Below are positions 45,528-55,159 of a DNA stretch of 64,000 bases, piece after piece (position 1 is the first letter of the stretch; each line of letters starts with the position of its first letter). The notes under the pieces were generated by a model that saw nothing but the letters and a program-made list of their open reading frames with translations, made no database searches and was not told the origin of the DNA. This DNA is from an uncultured Candidatus Saccharibacteria bacterium (lineage in GTDB: Bacteria > Patescibacteriota > Saccharimonadia > Saccharimonadales > JAGQNJ01), in assembly GCA_964426845.1 (NCBI GenBank), contig CAYRSA010000001.1, positions 43,237 to 107,236 of the forward strand. The letters are read 5' to 3'. A program made the translations under genes and the position numbers.

Positions 45528-46943
45528 CTACCTAATGCGAGTTTGTCTAGGCAAAGTGATCCGAAATGTAGTTGGCTTTTTGGACCCTATGAGCTCTATA
45601 GAACCTTTAAAGTGCGTCTCAACAACTGTTTTCGTAATGAACAATCCGATGCCCATACCATTCTTTTTAGTTCCATAGAATGGCTGAAATATCTTTTTCG
45701 CACACCCAGCCGGCACTCCTGCGCCCCAGTCGCTAACATCAATAACAATCTTCTTCTTGGCCGCTTTAATACTCACGGTTACGGATCGGAGATCATCAGA
45801 GCTTTGAGATACGTTCATGGCTTCTAGTGCGTTCTTCACCAAGATGGTAATTATCTGCCCAAAACGCATTGGGTCGCCCGTCACCTTCATATTACTATTG
45901 TTTCCTTCTGTGACTACGTATGGAGTAATCTGTGTCTTTTGGAAGTAATCATGCAAATGATCAATAACAGCCTTTATCTCTTCGTGTACATTGAATTCTC
46001 TTGGATGCTCCTCGTCCTGAAGTTGGCCACGAACTTCCTGAACTAAGTCATCCAGATAGGAGATACTCTGGTGAGCGCTCTCGACGGCTTGCTCGATAGC
46101 GTCGGAATGAGCCTGCTTCTTCAGGTCTTCAATATCCAGTGTCAATACGCTAAGATGGTTGGCAACATCGTGCACTAGAGCGGTACTCATTTGGCCGAGC
46201 TCTGCAAAGCGATAAAGCTGTTGCATCTCCTTGAGCTGGACAGCTCTCAATTCTTGCGTTCTTTTTTCAAGACGGATGGCCAGAAGTTTCTTTTCATCAG
46301 ACAGCGCTTTTTCAGCTACATGTGCCTGGTTGAGAGAACGCTCGATCTGCCGGCCAAATAACCACGATACGAGAGCCAGCATTCCGATTAGCAGGCAATA
46401 GCCAAGCGCCTCACCTAATTTTGGTTGGGCGCCGACCTGCCAGCTCACACTGGGCGAGTAAATACCTAACGAATTCAATAACTCGATAGTAAGCATGAAG
46501 AAGCTGATAACAGCTGCCATAATCAGAGAGAAGTGAGCTCCGAGCAATATACCCGACAGGGTGACTGCGATACTCATCATCAGAAGCGCGAAGGGAACAT
46601 TAATTCCCCAGGCCCAAATTGAGGCAACAGATATAAATAAGTAAAGTCCTACAAGTAGGGTTGAGGTTAAGTACCTTTGCTTGCGATGATGCAGTATATT
46701 TGCGCCCACAAGATATATAAACGCTATGCCGCCTGCTATAACTCGAGCTAGTATATGATGGTTGCCGGCCAAGCTATAGCTAAGTAACATCAGCACAAAC
46801 AGCCCGCCAATGACCATGGTGGTTGCGACTAGTAGGGCCTTTAGCACGATCGAGCTAGCCGCGCTGTCCGGAATTTTCGAGTACCCATTCAGGTCGCTAT
46901 AGGCAAGTTTTAATCTTTGTCGAGCGCTATTTTTTTGTTCCAT
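45528..46943 (-). CDS. sensor histidine kinase, polytopic membrane sensor
   Basis: 471 aa; ~6 TM; H-box LVHDVANHL; HATPase_c NALEA, DWGAGV, GMGIGL. Confidence 0.85.
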   Translation of the reverse strand: MEQKNSARQRLKLAYSDLNGYSKIPDSAASSIVLKALLVATTMVIGGLFVLMLLSYSLAGNHHILARVIAGGIAFIYLVGANILHHRKQRYLTSTLLVGLYLFISVASIWAWGINVPFALLMMSIAVTLSGILLGAHFSLIMAAVISFFMLTIELLNSLGIYSPSVSWQVGAQPKLGEALGYCLLIGMLALVSWLFGRQIERSLNQAHVAEKALSDEKKLLAIRLEKRTQELRAVQLKEMQQLYRFAELGQMSTALVHDVANHLSVLTLDIEDLKKQAHSDAIEQAVESAHQSISYLDDLVQEVRGQLQDEEHPREFNVHEEIKAVIDHLHDYFQKTQITPYVVTEGNNSNMKVTGDPMRFGQIITILVKNALEAMNVSQSSDDLRSVTVSIKAAKKKIVIDVSDWGAGVPAGCAKKIFQPFYGTKKNGMGIGLFITKTVVETHFKGSIELIGSKKPTTFRITLPRQTRIR

Positions 46944-47649
46944 TTTTGTTGGTTTTATCGAATTCAGCCTCTGAGTTTGGGGAGTCTTCCACCATATACC
47001 CTATGCCGTAAGCGGTCTTAATCAAAGGTTGCCTGAAGGGGCGATCAACTTTATCACGCAAGTGTTTAATATGTACATCAACAGTGTTATTCCAACTTGA
47101 CACACCATCTTGCCAGGCATGATCTAGTATCATTTCTCGTGACATGGCTCGGCCTCTGTTGCTAACTAGGTATTCAAGAATATCAAACTCTTTACGCCGC
47201 AACGAGATTTGTATGCCACTCCTGTGGACCTCTCTTCGCGCGGTATTGATTTCTAAGTCTTGCACAAGTAGTGTGTCGGCGATCATTTGCCGAGGCTGGC
47301 GGCGTGCTAATGCAGCGACACGAGCTTCCAACTCTGCGCCACTAAAGGGTTTGGTGAGATAATCGTCTGCTCCACTACTAAGTAATTGCACTTTGGATGA
47401 GACATCGTCCACAGCTGTTAGTATTAGAATTGGGACATCAACATCATTTGCTCGCAGAGCTTTACAGACCTCTAGCCCGGGTATGTCGGGGAGTCCAAGG
47501 TCTAAAATAATGACACCGTAATCCTCTTTTAAGGCTAGGTTCAGACCATCCTCGCCATTAAAGGAAACTGCAACGACGTAAGCCTTCTCGAGGACTTTTT
47601 TAATACGATCGGTCAGTCGGATATTATCCTCAATCACTAAAACTTTCAT
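46927..47649 (-). CDS. OmpR-family response regulator
   Basis: 240 aa; receiver (VIILDLGLPD) plus winged-helix trans_reg_C (TVDVHIKHLRDKV...IKTAYGIGY). Confidence 0.9.
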   Translation of the reverse strand: MKVLVIEDNIRLTDRIKKVLEKAYVVAVSFNGEDGLNLALKEDYGVIILDLGLPDIPGLEVCKALRANDVDVPILILTAVDDVSSKVQLLSSGADDYLTKPFSGAELEARVAALARRQPRQMIADTLLVQDLEINTARREVHRSGIQISLRRKEFDILEYLVSNRGRAMSREMILDHAWQDGVSSWNNTVDVHIKHLRDKVDRPFRQPLIKTAYGIGYMVEDSPNSEAEFDKTNKNGTKK

Positions 47650-47770
47650 TTGTAGAAGTCCTGTTAGTATTCTTAACTACCCTAATATTGCATACCAATT
47701 GTTAAATGATTATTAACTTTTTAGTTAATTTTTATGGTGCTTTTTACAACCAGCTTGTAAGGAAAAGTTG

Positions 47771-48514
47771 TTAACCTAAGATACTCTTGTATGTTTCGTG
47801 TGTGATGACTATATGATCAAGCAAATCTATCCCTAGAATAGTACCTGCTGACTGGACTTGCGTAGTTACAATTAAGTCTGCCTCGGTAGGCTGAACATTA
47901 CCAGAAGGATGGTTGTGAGCAATAATCACGCCAACAGCTCCGTGCTCAATGGCCGGCTTGAAGACTTCGCGTGGATGAACGATGTTAGCAGTAAGACTAC
48001 CTACAGAGATCAGTTCCTCGTGCACTAGTTCGTAACGACTATTCACATACAGCCCTCTAAGTTGCTCTTTCTGAAGTCCGCCCATTGTCTTTAAGTATTC
48101 ATAGGCCTGGGCAGCTGTTCGAATGAAAACAGGCCGACCAGCCTTGGTGGCATAGAAACGCCGGCCCAATTCAAATGCAGCTATCAACTGGCAAGCTTTC
48201 GATACCGGGATATCAAGAATCTCTGCCATGCGCTCTGGGTTAGTCTCGTGGACGATAGATCGCTCTCCGTACTCTTTGAGAATCCGCTGAGACATGTGCA
48301 TTACTTCTTCTTTTTTGCTACCGACACCAAGCACGACCGCCACAATCTCGCTAAGTGATAAGTTAGTTGGGCCGTAGGCGATCATCCTTTCACGAGGCTT
48401 CTCGGCTCCGGGCAAGTCGCGTACGCGCAGTACGTATCTATTGGGCGCTTCACCCATAACAAGATCGTTGTCGTTGAGTTCATAGGTGGATTTTGTGTCT
48501 TCAGTCGTAATCAT
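47771..48514 (-). CDS. radC: RadC-like JAB-domain protein
   Basis: 247 aa; HNHPSG JAMM motif and HhH-like N-terminal region. Confidence 0.88.
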   Translation of the reverse strand: MITTEDTKSTYELNDNDLVMGEAPNRYVLRVRDLPGAEKPRERMIAYGPTNLSLSEIVAVVLGVGSKKEEVMHMSQRILKEYGERSIVHETNPERMAEILDIPVSKACQLIAAFELGRRFYATKAGRPVFIRTAAQAYEYLKTMGGLQKEQLRGLYVNSRYELVHEELISVGSLTANIVHPREVFKPAIEHGAVGVIIAHNHPSGNVQPTEADLIVTTQVQSAGTILGIDLLDHIVITHETYKSILG

Positions 48515-48714
48515 ATCCTTACTTTACCAAAGCACTTATTAAATAGTGCTTAACTTGTAAAAATACTAGGTGAATACCTCGTTTAATAAATAGTAAGTTG
48601 GGCTATTTAATGGATAGGAAATAGTTCGCTTCAGTAACTTTACACCTTAGAGTACGTATAGGGTCTATACAAAATAATGCGATAGTGTATAATTATGTAA
48701 GAAAGTTATATGCT

Positions 48715-49800
48715 ATGATAAATTACGGAAAACCTCCATTTTTACCAGTAAATAATCTCGACGTTTCAAGCTACTACCGCGAATTAGCTGATGCTTCATA
48801 TGCACTCGGCATGCTCCAGGTGGCGCACGGTAAAATAAGCAACTCAGACCACCTTATCCGTCCTCTACTCACAAGAGAAGCTTCGCTCAGTTCTAAAATA
48901 GAAGGAACCGTTACTGATTCAAAGGATGTGTTTATACTTGATGCAACAGGCAAGGCACCTAAGCAAGACACTGTCGTCGTAGCAAACTACCGTCGTGCCA
49001 TGAAGATAGCATCATCGTTTAAAGACGATCGTAAAATTACTCAGACAAAGTTACGCCAACTTCACACTGTCCTGCTTCGCAACACTCCATACACAGGAAC
49101 GCTAGGAAAGTATCGAGAAGTTGACGCATGGATTGGCAAGGATAAAAATACCCCCATTGATAAAGCATTATATGTAGCGCCGCATCCTACTCAGGTTACC
49201 CCTTATATGGACAACCTGCTTAAGTACTTGAATAATTATGATGAGCATCCGCTGATTAAAACAGCGGTATTCCATTACCAGTTCGAAGCTGTGCACCCTT
49301 TTGAGGATGGTAACGGCAGAATTGGCCGCATGCTGGTGCCGGCATTCTTGCACTATCTAGGCGCCCTTTCAGCTCCTGTCCTTTATACAAGTGAATACTT
49401 TGAGAAAGAAGCAGAGACCTATCGTAAAAAACTCAACGATGTTGATAAGACTGGGGACATAACTCCTTGGATAAAGTTCTTTCTTGAATCAATAAAGAAT
49501 CAGTGCGATATCTCTATAGCGTTGGTAGACAGGATTCTGAAACTTAACGCCGAACTTCATGAGACCTATGAACACTCGCAGTCACCAAATGTCGTCCGTG
49601 TAATTGATTACTTTTTCGAGTATCCAATATTCACAGTGCCCGAGATGGTAAAACACCTAGGCATAAACCGTATTACGGCCGTCAATATTCTGAAGAAACT
49701 TGAAAGCGATGGAGTTATTGAGCTACTCGCAAACCTGAAGGGCCCCAAAAATGCCAAGCTTTATTCATTCCCAAAACTGGTAGAAATTATCGTTTCTTAG
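48715..49800 (+). CDS. Fic-family (AMPylation/filamentation) protein with C-terminal wHTH
   Basis: HPFEDGNGRIGR Fic motif; ORF track starts at GTG 48685, first ATG is 48715; start uncertain. Confidence 0.85.
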   Translation: MINYGKPPFLPVNNLDVSSYYRELADASYALGMLQVAHGKISNSDHLIRPLLTREASLSSKIEGTVTDSKDVFILDATGKAPKQDTVVVANYRRAMKIASSFKDDRKITQTKLRQLHTVLLRNTPYTGTLGKYREVDAWIGKDKNTPIDKALYVAPHPTQVTPYMDNLLKYLNNYDEHPLIKTAVFHYQFEAVHPFEDGNGRIGRMLVPAFLHYLGALSAPVLYTSEYFEKEAETYRKKLNDVDKTGDITPWIKFFLESIKNQCDISIALVDRILKLNAELHETYEHSQSPNVVRVIDYFFEYPIFTVPEMVKHLGINRITAVNILKKLESDGVIELLANLKGPKNAKLYSFPKLVEIIVS

Positions 49801-50163
49801 GCTTAGTGTAATTTTCTGCTAATGAGGCGCCTGTAACTTTTCTTACTGTAGCCCAGACATAAGCTTCTTAGACTGATAAGTACCAACAAAAATGGAGGGT
49901 ACTGTGGGGACAGAATCGAACAAACGCAAAATAGAATACAACCGAGCTGCCGAAAAGCGGGCCACTTGGCGGGAATATTCCTGGCAGACTTAGGCGATAA
50001 GAAGGGCAGATGAACAAATTTGCTCCAACCGTCGCCAAGCTGTGGCCAGTGTGCTGTCCAAGGCTCGGGAAAGCTAATAACTGTTGTGGTTATCTCCTAA
50101 AACCGTTGACAAAACCCCGACAAAAGCCAACAATAAGGGTATCAACATAATCGGAGGTATCCT

Positions 50164-50706
50164 ATGGATGCAGTCAAACCCATGTGGGAAGCATTGATGG
50201 TACGCGGTATTGCAGGAATACTGTTTGGCATCGTGGCCGTATTTTGGCCAGGTCTTACACTAGTTACGCTAGTGTACATTTTTAGTGTCTATGTTTTAAT
50301 CAGTGGTGTTGTCGGCATCATTACCGGTGTTAGTCACCTGGTAAAGGGCAATAAGTGGTTCTTAGGACTACTGCTTGGCTTTGTCGAGCTGGGCGTCGGT
50401 ATCTACTTGGTACGGCACCCCTTGGTAACCTTCGCAACTCTAATCTTGCTGATCGGGCTTGTCTTTATCGCTCGGGGAGTTTTCGAAGTTGTTATGGGCT
50501 TCACCGAAGACAACTACGCTACTCATAAGCTACTTGTGATCATGGGCGGCGTGCTATCAGCTGTCGTTGGTATCATCGTCTTGCTGCAACCAGCAGCCGG
50601 CGGCGTAGCTTTCGTCTGGGTACTTGGCCTTTACGCCTTGATTACCGGACCAATTCTAGTAGCCCTGTCGCTTGACGTTAAAAAGACTGTCGAAGGCAAG
50701 AAGTAA
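50164..50706 (+). CDS. HdeD/DUF308-family membrane protein
   Basis: 180 aa; six regularly spaced TM helices with repeated G-rich pattern; SD GGAGG. Confidence 0.65.
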   Translation: MDAVKPMWEALMVRGIAGILFGIVAVFWPGLTLVTLVYIFSVYVLISGVVGIITGVSHLVKGNKWFLGLLLGFVELGVGIYLVRHPLVTFATLILLIGLVFIARGVFEVVMGFTEDNYATHKLLVIMGGVLSAVVGIIVLLQPAAGGVAFVWVLGLYALITGPILVALSLDVKKTVEGKK

Positions 50707-50814
50707 CTAGCTAAAATAAAATCCTGCATTGAAACACCCTGGGAAGCCGGGGTGTTTTATATTAGCAACTTATACACAGCGCAGTTTAAAGCGCTTATGT
50801 AATAATAGAAGTAA

Positions 50815-52578
50815 ATGGAAAAGGAGAAGAACCTAAGATACAAGGCGTGGCTACGCTCATACTACCGGGGCGCCTGGTTGCACGTCTCGATATTACTGGT
50901 CCTGACCCTGATCCTAGTAGGCATTGAACTAGCCAATCCATGGCCCCTGAAGCTACTGGCCGATTCAGTCTTCGGCGACGTACCGCCGCCGGGTTTTTTG
51001 GCTGAATACTCCAGGGAGTCGCTGCTGGTTTTGGTAGCCTTTTCATACATCGGCCTGTACTTGTTCGGCAGCTTGTTTGCCTTTATTAACGACTACCTTG
51101 GTACGCGCTTCAAGATGAGCATGGACCAAAAACTCAAAGAAAACTTTTTCTGGCATGTATTGCATCTGCCAGTCCGCGACCCTCAACGCTTAGAGAACAG
51201 CGACTATGTCTACCGTCTTAATGACGAGAGCAACTCCATGCCAGCCCTGGTCTTTGACAACTTTATCACCATTGTCAGTTCGACTATTACCATTGGTGGT
51301 GTCCTGATTATCTTGCTGATGTTTGACTGGCAAATGACCTTGCTGGCTCTGGCTATTGTGCCTTTCTTATTCTTGTCGGTGGTTTACTTCGGCAAGCGCC
51401 TAGAGAAACAGTCCGAGATCATTGAAGAGGCTTACAGCGATATCTACAGCCACACAACCGAGTCCATAGAGAATACCGACATCGTTCAGTCCTTCAACCG
51501 CCAACAACAGCAAGTCGCGGACTTAGGTGCCTTGCTGAAACGACGCCTCAAGGAAGAGCTGAAGAGCACCACCTTAAATGGCCGGTTTAGCTTCACTAAC
51601 AGTTTGTTGTCCATCCTATCGATTTGTGTGGTTATCGTCTTAGGCGGTCATGCCGTCTTTAACGGCCGCATAACCTTCGGAGACTTGTTGATCTTCGTGA
51701 CTTACACCCAGGCCATGTATGACCCCTTACAGGCCTTGTCCGAAGCCCTGGGAGCTCGTAAAGACAATCACGGCCGGCTCAAGCGCGTTTTTGAGGTTAT
51801 CTACGATCACGCCGACATCGAGAACACTAATGTCGGGGCGGTGATGGAGAACGTCCAGGGTCGTATTAGCTTCAGAAAGGTTTCTTTTAGCTACAAAGAT
51901 AAGGTCATTTTAGATAATGTCACCCTAGATGTCCGGGCAGGCGAGAAAGTCGGCTTTATCGGGCCCAGCGGCACCGGGAAGAGCACTATGTTGTCGCTGT
52001 TGCCGCGTTTTGGATTACCAGATAGTGGCTTTATCTACATCGACGGACAGGAGATCAGCACTCTTAATCTCAAGAGCCTGCGCGAGCAGATTGCCATCGT
52101 CTCCCAAGAACCTAAGCTATTCTCCATAACCATTGGCGAGAACATCGCCTATGCTTATCCCGATGAGACAAACCCCTTACCAGATATCATGCGAGCCGCA
52201 GTGGCAGCTAACGCCTCGGAGTTTATTGATAGGTTACCCGATAAATACGACACGCCGGTTAACGGCAGTGGAACCAGCCTTAGCGGTGGTCAGAAACAGC
52301 GGGTGGCTGTGGCTAGAGCGATGTTCAAGCGGGCACCGATTCTCATCTTGGATGAGCCAACATCGGCACAGGATACTAGCTCTGAGAATAAAGTCTTGGA
52401 CGGCATTAACCACCTCATGCACGGTAAGACGGTGATGATGGTGACTCACAAACACTCACTATTGTCAGCCATGGACACAATTTATGTTATTGAAGACGGC
52501 AAGATTAGAAACGTTAAAGAATACGGCGGTCTAGACTCTTACGAGCGCTATCTGGAGATTCACGAACTAAAAAGCTAA
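50815..52578 (+). CDS. ABC exporter, fused permease/ATPase (MsbA-like type I)
   Basis: 587 aa; 6 TM; Walker A GPSGTGKST, signature LSGGQKQR, Walker B ILILDEPTS. Confidence 0.9.
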   Translation: MEKEKNLRYKAWLRSYYRGAWLHVSILLVLTLILVGIELANPWPLKLLADSVFGDVPPPGFLAEYSRESLLVLVAFSYIGLYLFGSLFAFINDYLGTRFKMSMDQKLKENFFWHVLHLPVRDPQRLENSDYVYRLNDESNSMPALVFDNFITIVSSTITIGGVLIILLMFDWQMTLLALAIVPFLFLSVVYFGKRLEKQSEIIEEAYSDIYSHTTESIENTDIVQSFNRQQQQVADLGALLKRRLKEELKSTTLNGRFSFTNSLLSILSICVVIVLGGHAVFNGRITFGDLLIFVTYTQAMYDPLQALSEALGARKDNHGRLKRVFEVIYDHADIENTNVGAVMENVQGRISFRKVSFSYKDKVILDNVTLDVRAGEKVGFIGPSGTGKSTMLSLLPRFGLPDSGFIYIDGQEISTLNLKSLREQIAIVSQEPKLFSITIGENIAYAYPDETNPLPDIMRAAVAANASEFIDRLPDKYDTPVNGSGTSLSGGQKQRVAVARAMFKRAPILILDEPTSAQDTSSENKVLDGINHLMHGKTVMMVTHKHSLLSAMDTIYVIEDGKIRNVKEYGGLDSYERYLEIHELKS

Positions 52579-52582
52579 AAAC

Positions 52583-52711
52583 CTATGGTCGGCCCGAGGG
52601 ACGGCTGGGTCGGCCAATGGCTGCTCCGCGTATCTCTTGTTGTTTCTTGATGATAGCAGTTATATGCGAAGTAGGACTTCGGCGAGCTTGTGTTGTGTAG
52701 TTTTTTGGCAT
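52583..52711 (-). CDS. Pro/Arg-rich mini-protein C (42 aa)
   Basis: MPKNYTTQARRSPTSHITAIIKKQQEIRGAAIGRPSRPSGRP; SD AAGGAG 4 nt upstream; 11 nt after the stop of peptide B; stop 4 nt from the ABC exporter stop. Confidence 0.55.
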   Translation of the reverse strand: MPKNYTTQARRSPTSHITAIIKKQQEIRGAAIGRPSRPSGRP

Positions 52712-52722
52712 TTGACTCCTTT

Positions 52723-52851
52723 TTATTTACCGCGTCCTATTGGTCGACCTGGTCGACTAGGGAGGCGATATATTTGAGTAACCGGGCGTCCGGTTGCTGG
52801 TTTTGGCCTGTTAGGGGTTGGGCGACGACTATTTACTGGTTTTTTTGCCAT
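52723..52851 (-). CDS. Pro/Arg-rich mini-protein B (42 aa)
   Basis: MAKKPVNSRRPTPNRPKPATGRPVTQIYRLPSRPGRPIGRGK; AAAGG 7 nt upstream; 12 nt after the stop of peptide A. Confidence 0.6.
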   Translation of the reverse strand: MAKKPVNSRRPTPNRPKPATGRPVTQIYRLPSRPGRPIGRGK

Positions 52852-52863
52852 TTTTTTGCCTTT

Positions 52864-52989
52864 CTATTTAGTGCGTCTACCTATCGGACGAGCGGGGCGG
52901 CTCGGTGGACGATAAATTATAGTGTTTGGACGTCCAGGTTTTGGTTTCGCTCCACCTGCACCTGGATCAATTGTTGGTGATTTTGCCAT
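52864..52989 (-). CDS. Pro/Arg-rich mini-protein A (41 aa)
   Basis: MAKSPTIDPGAGGAKPKPGRPNTIIYRPPSRPARPIGRRTK; AAGGAT 7 nt upstream; shares YR.PSRP.RPIGR with peptide B. Confidence 0.6.
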   Translation of the reverse strand: MAKSPTIDPGAGGAKPKPGRPNTIIYRPPSRPARPIGRRTK

Positions 52990-53028
52990 TTTATTTATCC
53001 TTTTTTATTTTTGTTGCTTACGCTTTTT

Positions 53029-53058
53029 ATAATAGTCCGCTTGGGATTATTTTGTCAA
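53029..53058 (-). promoter_or_regulatory. promoter of the mini-protein operon (TTGACA-N18-TATTAT)
   Basis: rc TTGACA = 53053-53058, rc TATTAT = 53029-53034, 18-nt spacer; ~40 nt upstream of peptide A ATG. Confidence 0.5.
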
Positions 53059-53111
53059 GCATGGTATAACTATCAATATCCAACCGAATAATCCAATGGA
53101 GACAAAAACCT

Positions 53112-53945
53112 ATGCCCAATGAAACCCTCGAAGCCTTCGAAGTACAAGAGCTCAACCCCGAGCAATCGGCTGCCTTACTAGATATATCCAACCAAGCGGG
53201 CGTAATCATGGAACAGCGGTGGGGTAGTGGCTTCCCAGAGTTTACCAGAGGCGAGCTGGACACTCTGCCATACCATAATCTGAACCACGCCGAGACCCAC
53301 GCCCGAGCCAGTGCTAAGATTGTCGAGAAGTTGGGCTTTCCACAACCATATGTGGTTTTGGCCGAATTGACCGGTCGCTCTCATGACCTAGAACAGCAGA
53401 AGGGCCGGGGCCAGGACGAAGCCGACAGCGCCAGTTGGCTGGGCGAAAAGCTGCGCGAAACCGGCTTGTTCCCAGAGTCATATATTAAGATGGCCGAGCT
53501 GGGCATTGTTGGTACCGAGCCAGTCTTTGACGATAAGGGCATACCAACCGGCCAAGTAGCTACTACCCAAGAATACCCTGATGAAATCACCGCCAAATTC
53601 GCCAAGGCTATTGCTTGTGGCGATTTTGCCCATTTGTATTCACCAGCCGGACCGTATCTCGGGCAAATGCTATACTGCGAGATCAACAAGCTTGACCCAC
53701 AGGCCACCGGCCCTATCGAAGATATTGACAAGGTCACTGCTTGGTTTGAGGGCAATGTTAGACTACTTGCCAACTTCAAGTTTGCTCTGCCAGAGGCTGA
53801 GGAGATTCTTACTGGCAATAAAGTAGCAGTCCAAGCTCATACCGACCAGCTAGTGGCCAACCTACGTGGTGGTGAAATCTCTACTTGGGATCAGCTGACC
53901 AAGGCCAACCTTGGCTTTATGGAAATTACTAGTGCCAGCCAGTAG
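53112..53945 (+). CDS. hypothetical protein, possible HD-domain phosphohydrolase
   Basis: 277 aa; H...HD pattern (YHNLNHAETH ... GRSHDLEQ); weak call. Confidence 0.45.
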   Translation: MPNETLEAFEVQELNPEQSAALLDISNQAGVIMEQRWGSGFPEFTRGELDTLPYHNLNHAETHARASAKIVEKLGFPQPYVVLAELTGRSHDLEQQKGRGQDEADSASWLGEKLRETGLFPESYIKMAELGIVGTEPVFDDKGIPTGQVATTQEYPDEITAKFAKAIACGDFAHLYSPAGPYLGQMLYCEINKLDPQATGPIEDIDKVTAWFEGNVRLLANFKFALPEAEEILTGNKVAVQAHTDQLVANLRGGEISTWDQLTKANLGFMEITSASQ

Positions 53946-53947
53946 TC

Positions 53948-55159
53948 CTATTCTCGCCGAAGAGCCGCTATGGGATCCTTTTTGGCAGCTTTGACGGCCG
54001 GGGCAACACCGAAGATGCCGCCCACGGCTATTGCCACAAACAGGGCGATGATGGCGTATTGCGGTGGCAAAACCAAGCTGATGTCGGTGAATAAGTTCAT
54101 ATAAATGACGACTGCATAGGCCAGCACAACGCCCAGTAGACCGCCGACGGCACTTAAGATAACGGCTTCGGCCAGGAACTGTTGCAGGATTTGTTGGTCG
54201 GTGGCGCCGACAGCTTTGCGCACACCAATCTCGTGAGTCCGCTCGGTGACCGATACGATCATGACGTTCATAACCCCAATACCGCCAACGAACAGGGAAA
54301 TAGCCGCGATGGCCGCCACTAGGCCGGTCAGGATATCCAAAGTTTGACTGGTCAGAGCCAGGGTCTCGGTTTGTTTGAGAACGCTGAAGTCCTCTTGGCC
54401 GCCGTGGGCCTTCTTAAGATTAGCCACTACTTCCTGCTGAGCCTGATCGACTGCGTCCGGGCTGGTCGGTTTGGCTAGAATTTGGAAAATCTGAGCATTG
54501 CCCTCGGCCACAGCTTTGCCCGTGGTGTAGGGGATAAAGATAGCACTGTTGTAGTTGGCTCCCGGCGTGAAGGGCGAGCTGTCGAACTCGGCCAGAACAC
54601 CTTTGACGATATAGCGTTCGCCACGGAAGTCCAGGGCTTTGCCGACCGGTACGTTTTCTTGGAAGACTTCTTCAGCCACCTGTTTGCCGATAACTGCAAA
54701 CTTGCGGCCCTCGTCGGTCTCCCGGAAAAACTCGCCATATTCAATCTTGTGGTTAAGCAGTTCTGGGAAGACATGAGTGGTGGCAATCACCCCGCCATTT
54801 TGGTACTTCTTGCCGTCATAACTAACAATGCCGGTTACCGTACTCAGTGGAGCCACGGTCTGGACTTCGGACGCGCTGGTGACAGCCTCGACGTCAACAT
54901 CATTGAGTGTGCCGGTCGGCCCGCTTCCGAAAATCGAACTGCTGGACACCCCGCTCTTACCGGTCGTGCCAGGACGCACCAACAGCAAATCGCTGCCATA
55001 CTCTTGGACCTGGCCCCGGATATCCTGCTTAGCCCCTTCGCCGAGAGAAATAATGACCAGCACCGAAGTCACGCCGACAATTATACCCAGCATAGTAAAC
55101 AAACTGCGCAGTTTAGCTCGTTTAATCGATTGCCAAGCTAATTTCAGGTTGCCATTCAT
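53948..55159 (-). CDS. ABC transporter permease, MacB/FtsX type
   Basis: 403 aa; N-terminal TM, large extracytoplasmic domain, three C-terminal TM (FtsX fold). Confidence 0.85.
   Translation of the reverse strand: MNGNLKLAWQSIKRAKLRSLFTMLGIIVGVTSVLVIISLGEGAKQDIRGQVQEYGSDLLLVRPGTTGKSGVSSSSIFGSGPTGTLNDVDVEAVTSASEVQTVAPLSTVTGIVSYDGKKYQNGGVIATTHVFPELLNHKIEYGEFFRETDEGRKFAVIGKQVAEEVFQENVPVGKALDFRGERYIVKGVLAEFDSSPFTPGANYNSAIFIPYTTGKAVAEGNAQIFQILAKPTSPDAVDQAQQEVVANLKKAHGGQEDFSVLKQTETLALTSQTLDILTGLVAAIAAISLFVGGIGVMNVMIVSVTERTHEIGVRKAVGATDQQILQQFLAEAVILSAVGGLLGVVLAYAVVIYMNLFTDISLVLPPQYAIIALFVAIAVGGIFGVAPAVKAAKKDPIAALRRE

Noticed and set aside
47650-47770. AT-rich region with the palindrome TTAACTTTTTAGTTAA upstream of the OmpR-type regulator operon, considered as an operator
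   Set aside because: This is plausible as an autoregulatory site, but a single short AT-rich palindrome in an AT-rich promoter region is not enough evidence to annotate it.
52690-52980. 96-aa + strand ORF listed in the track
   Set aside because: It has no SD or promoter and an odd Trp/Phe-rich composition. It is the antisense shadow of three minus-strand mini-ORFs that each have an RBS and share a conserved motif.
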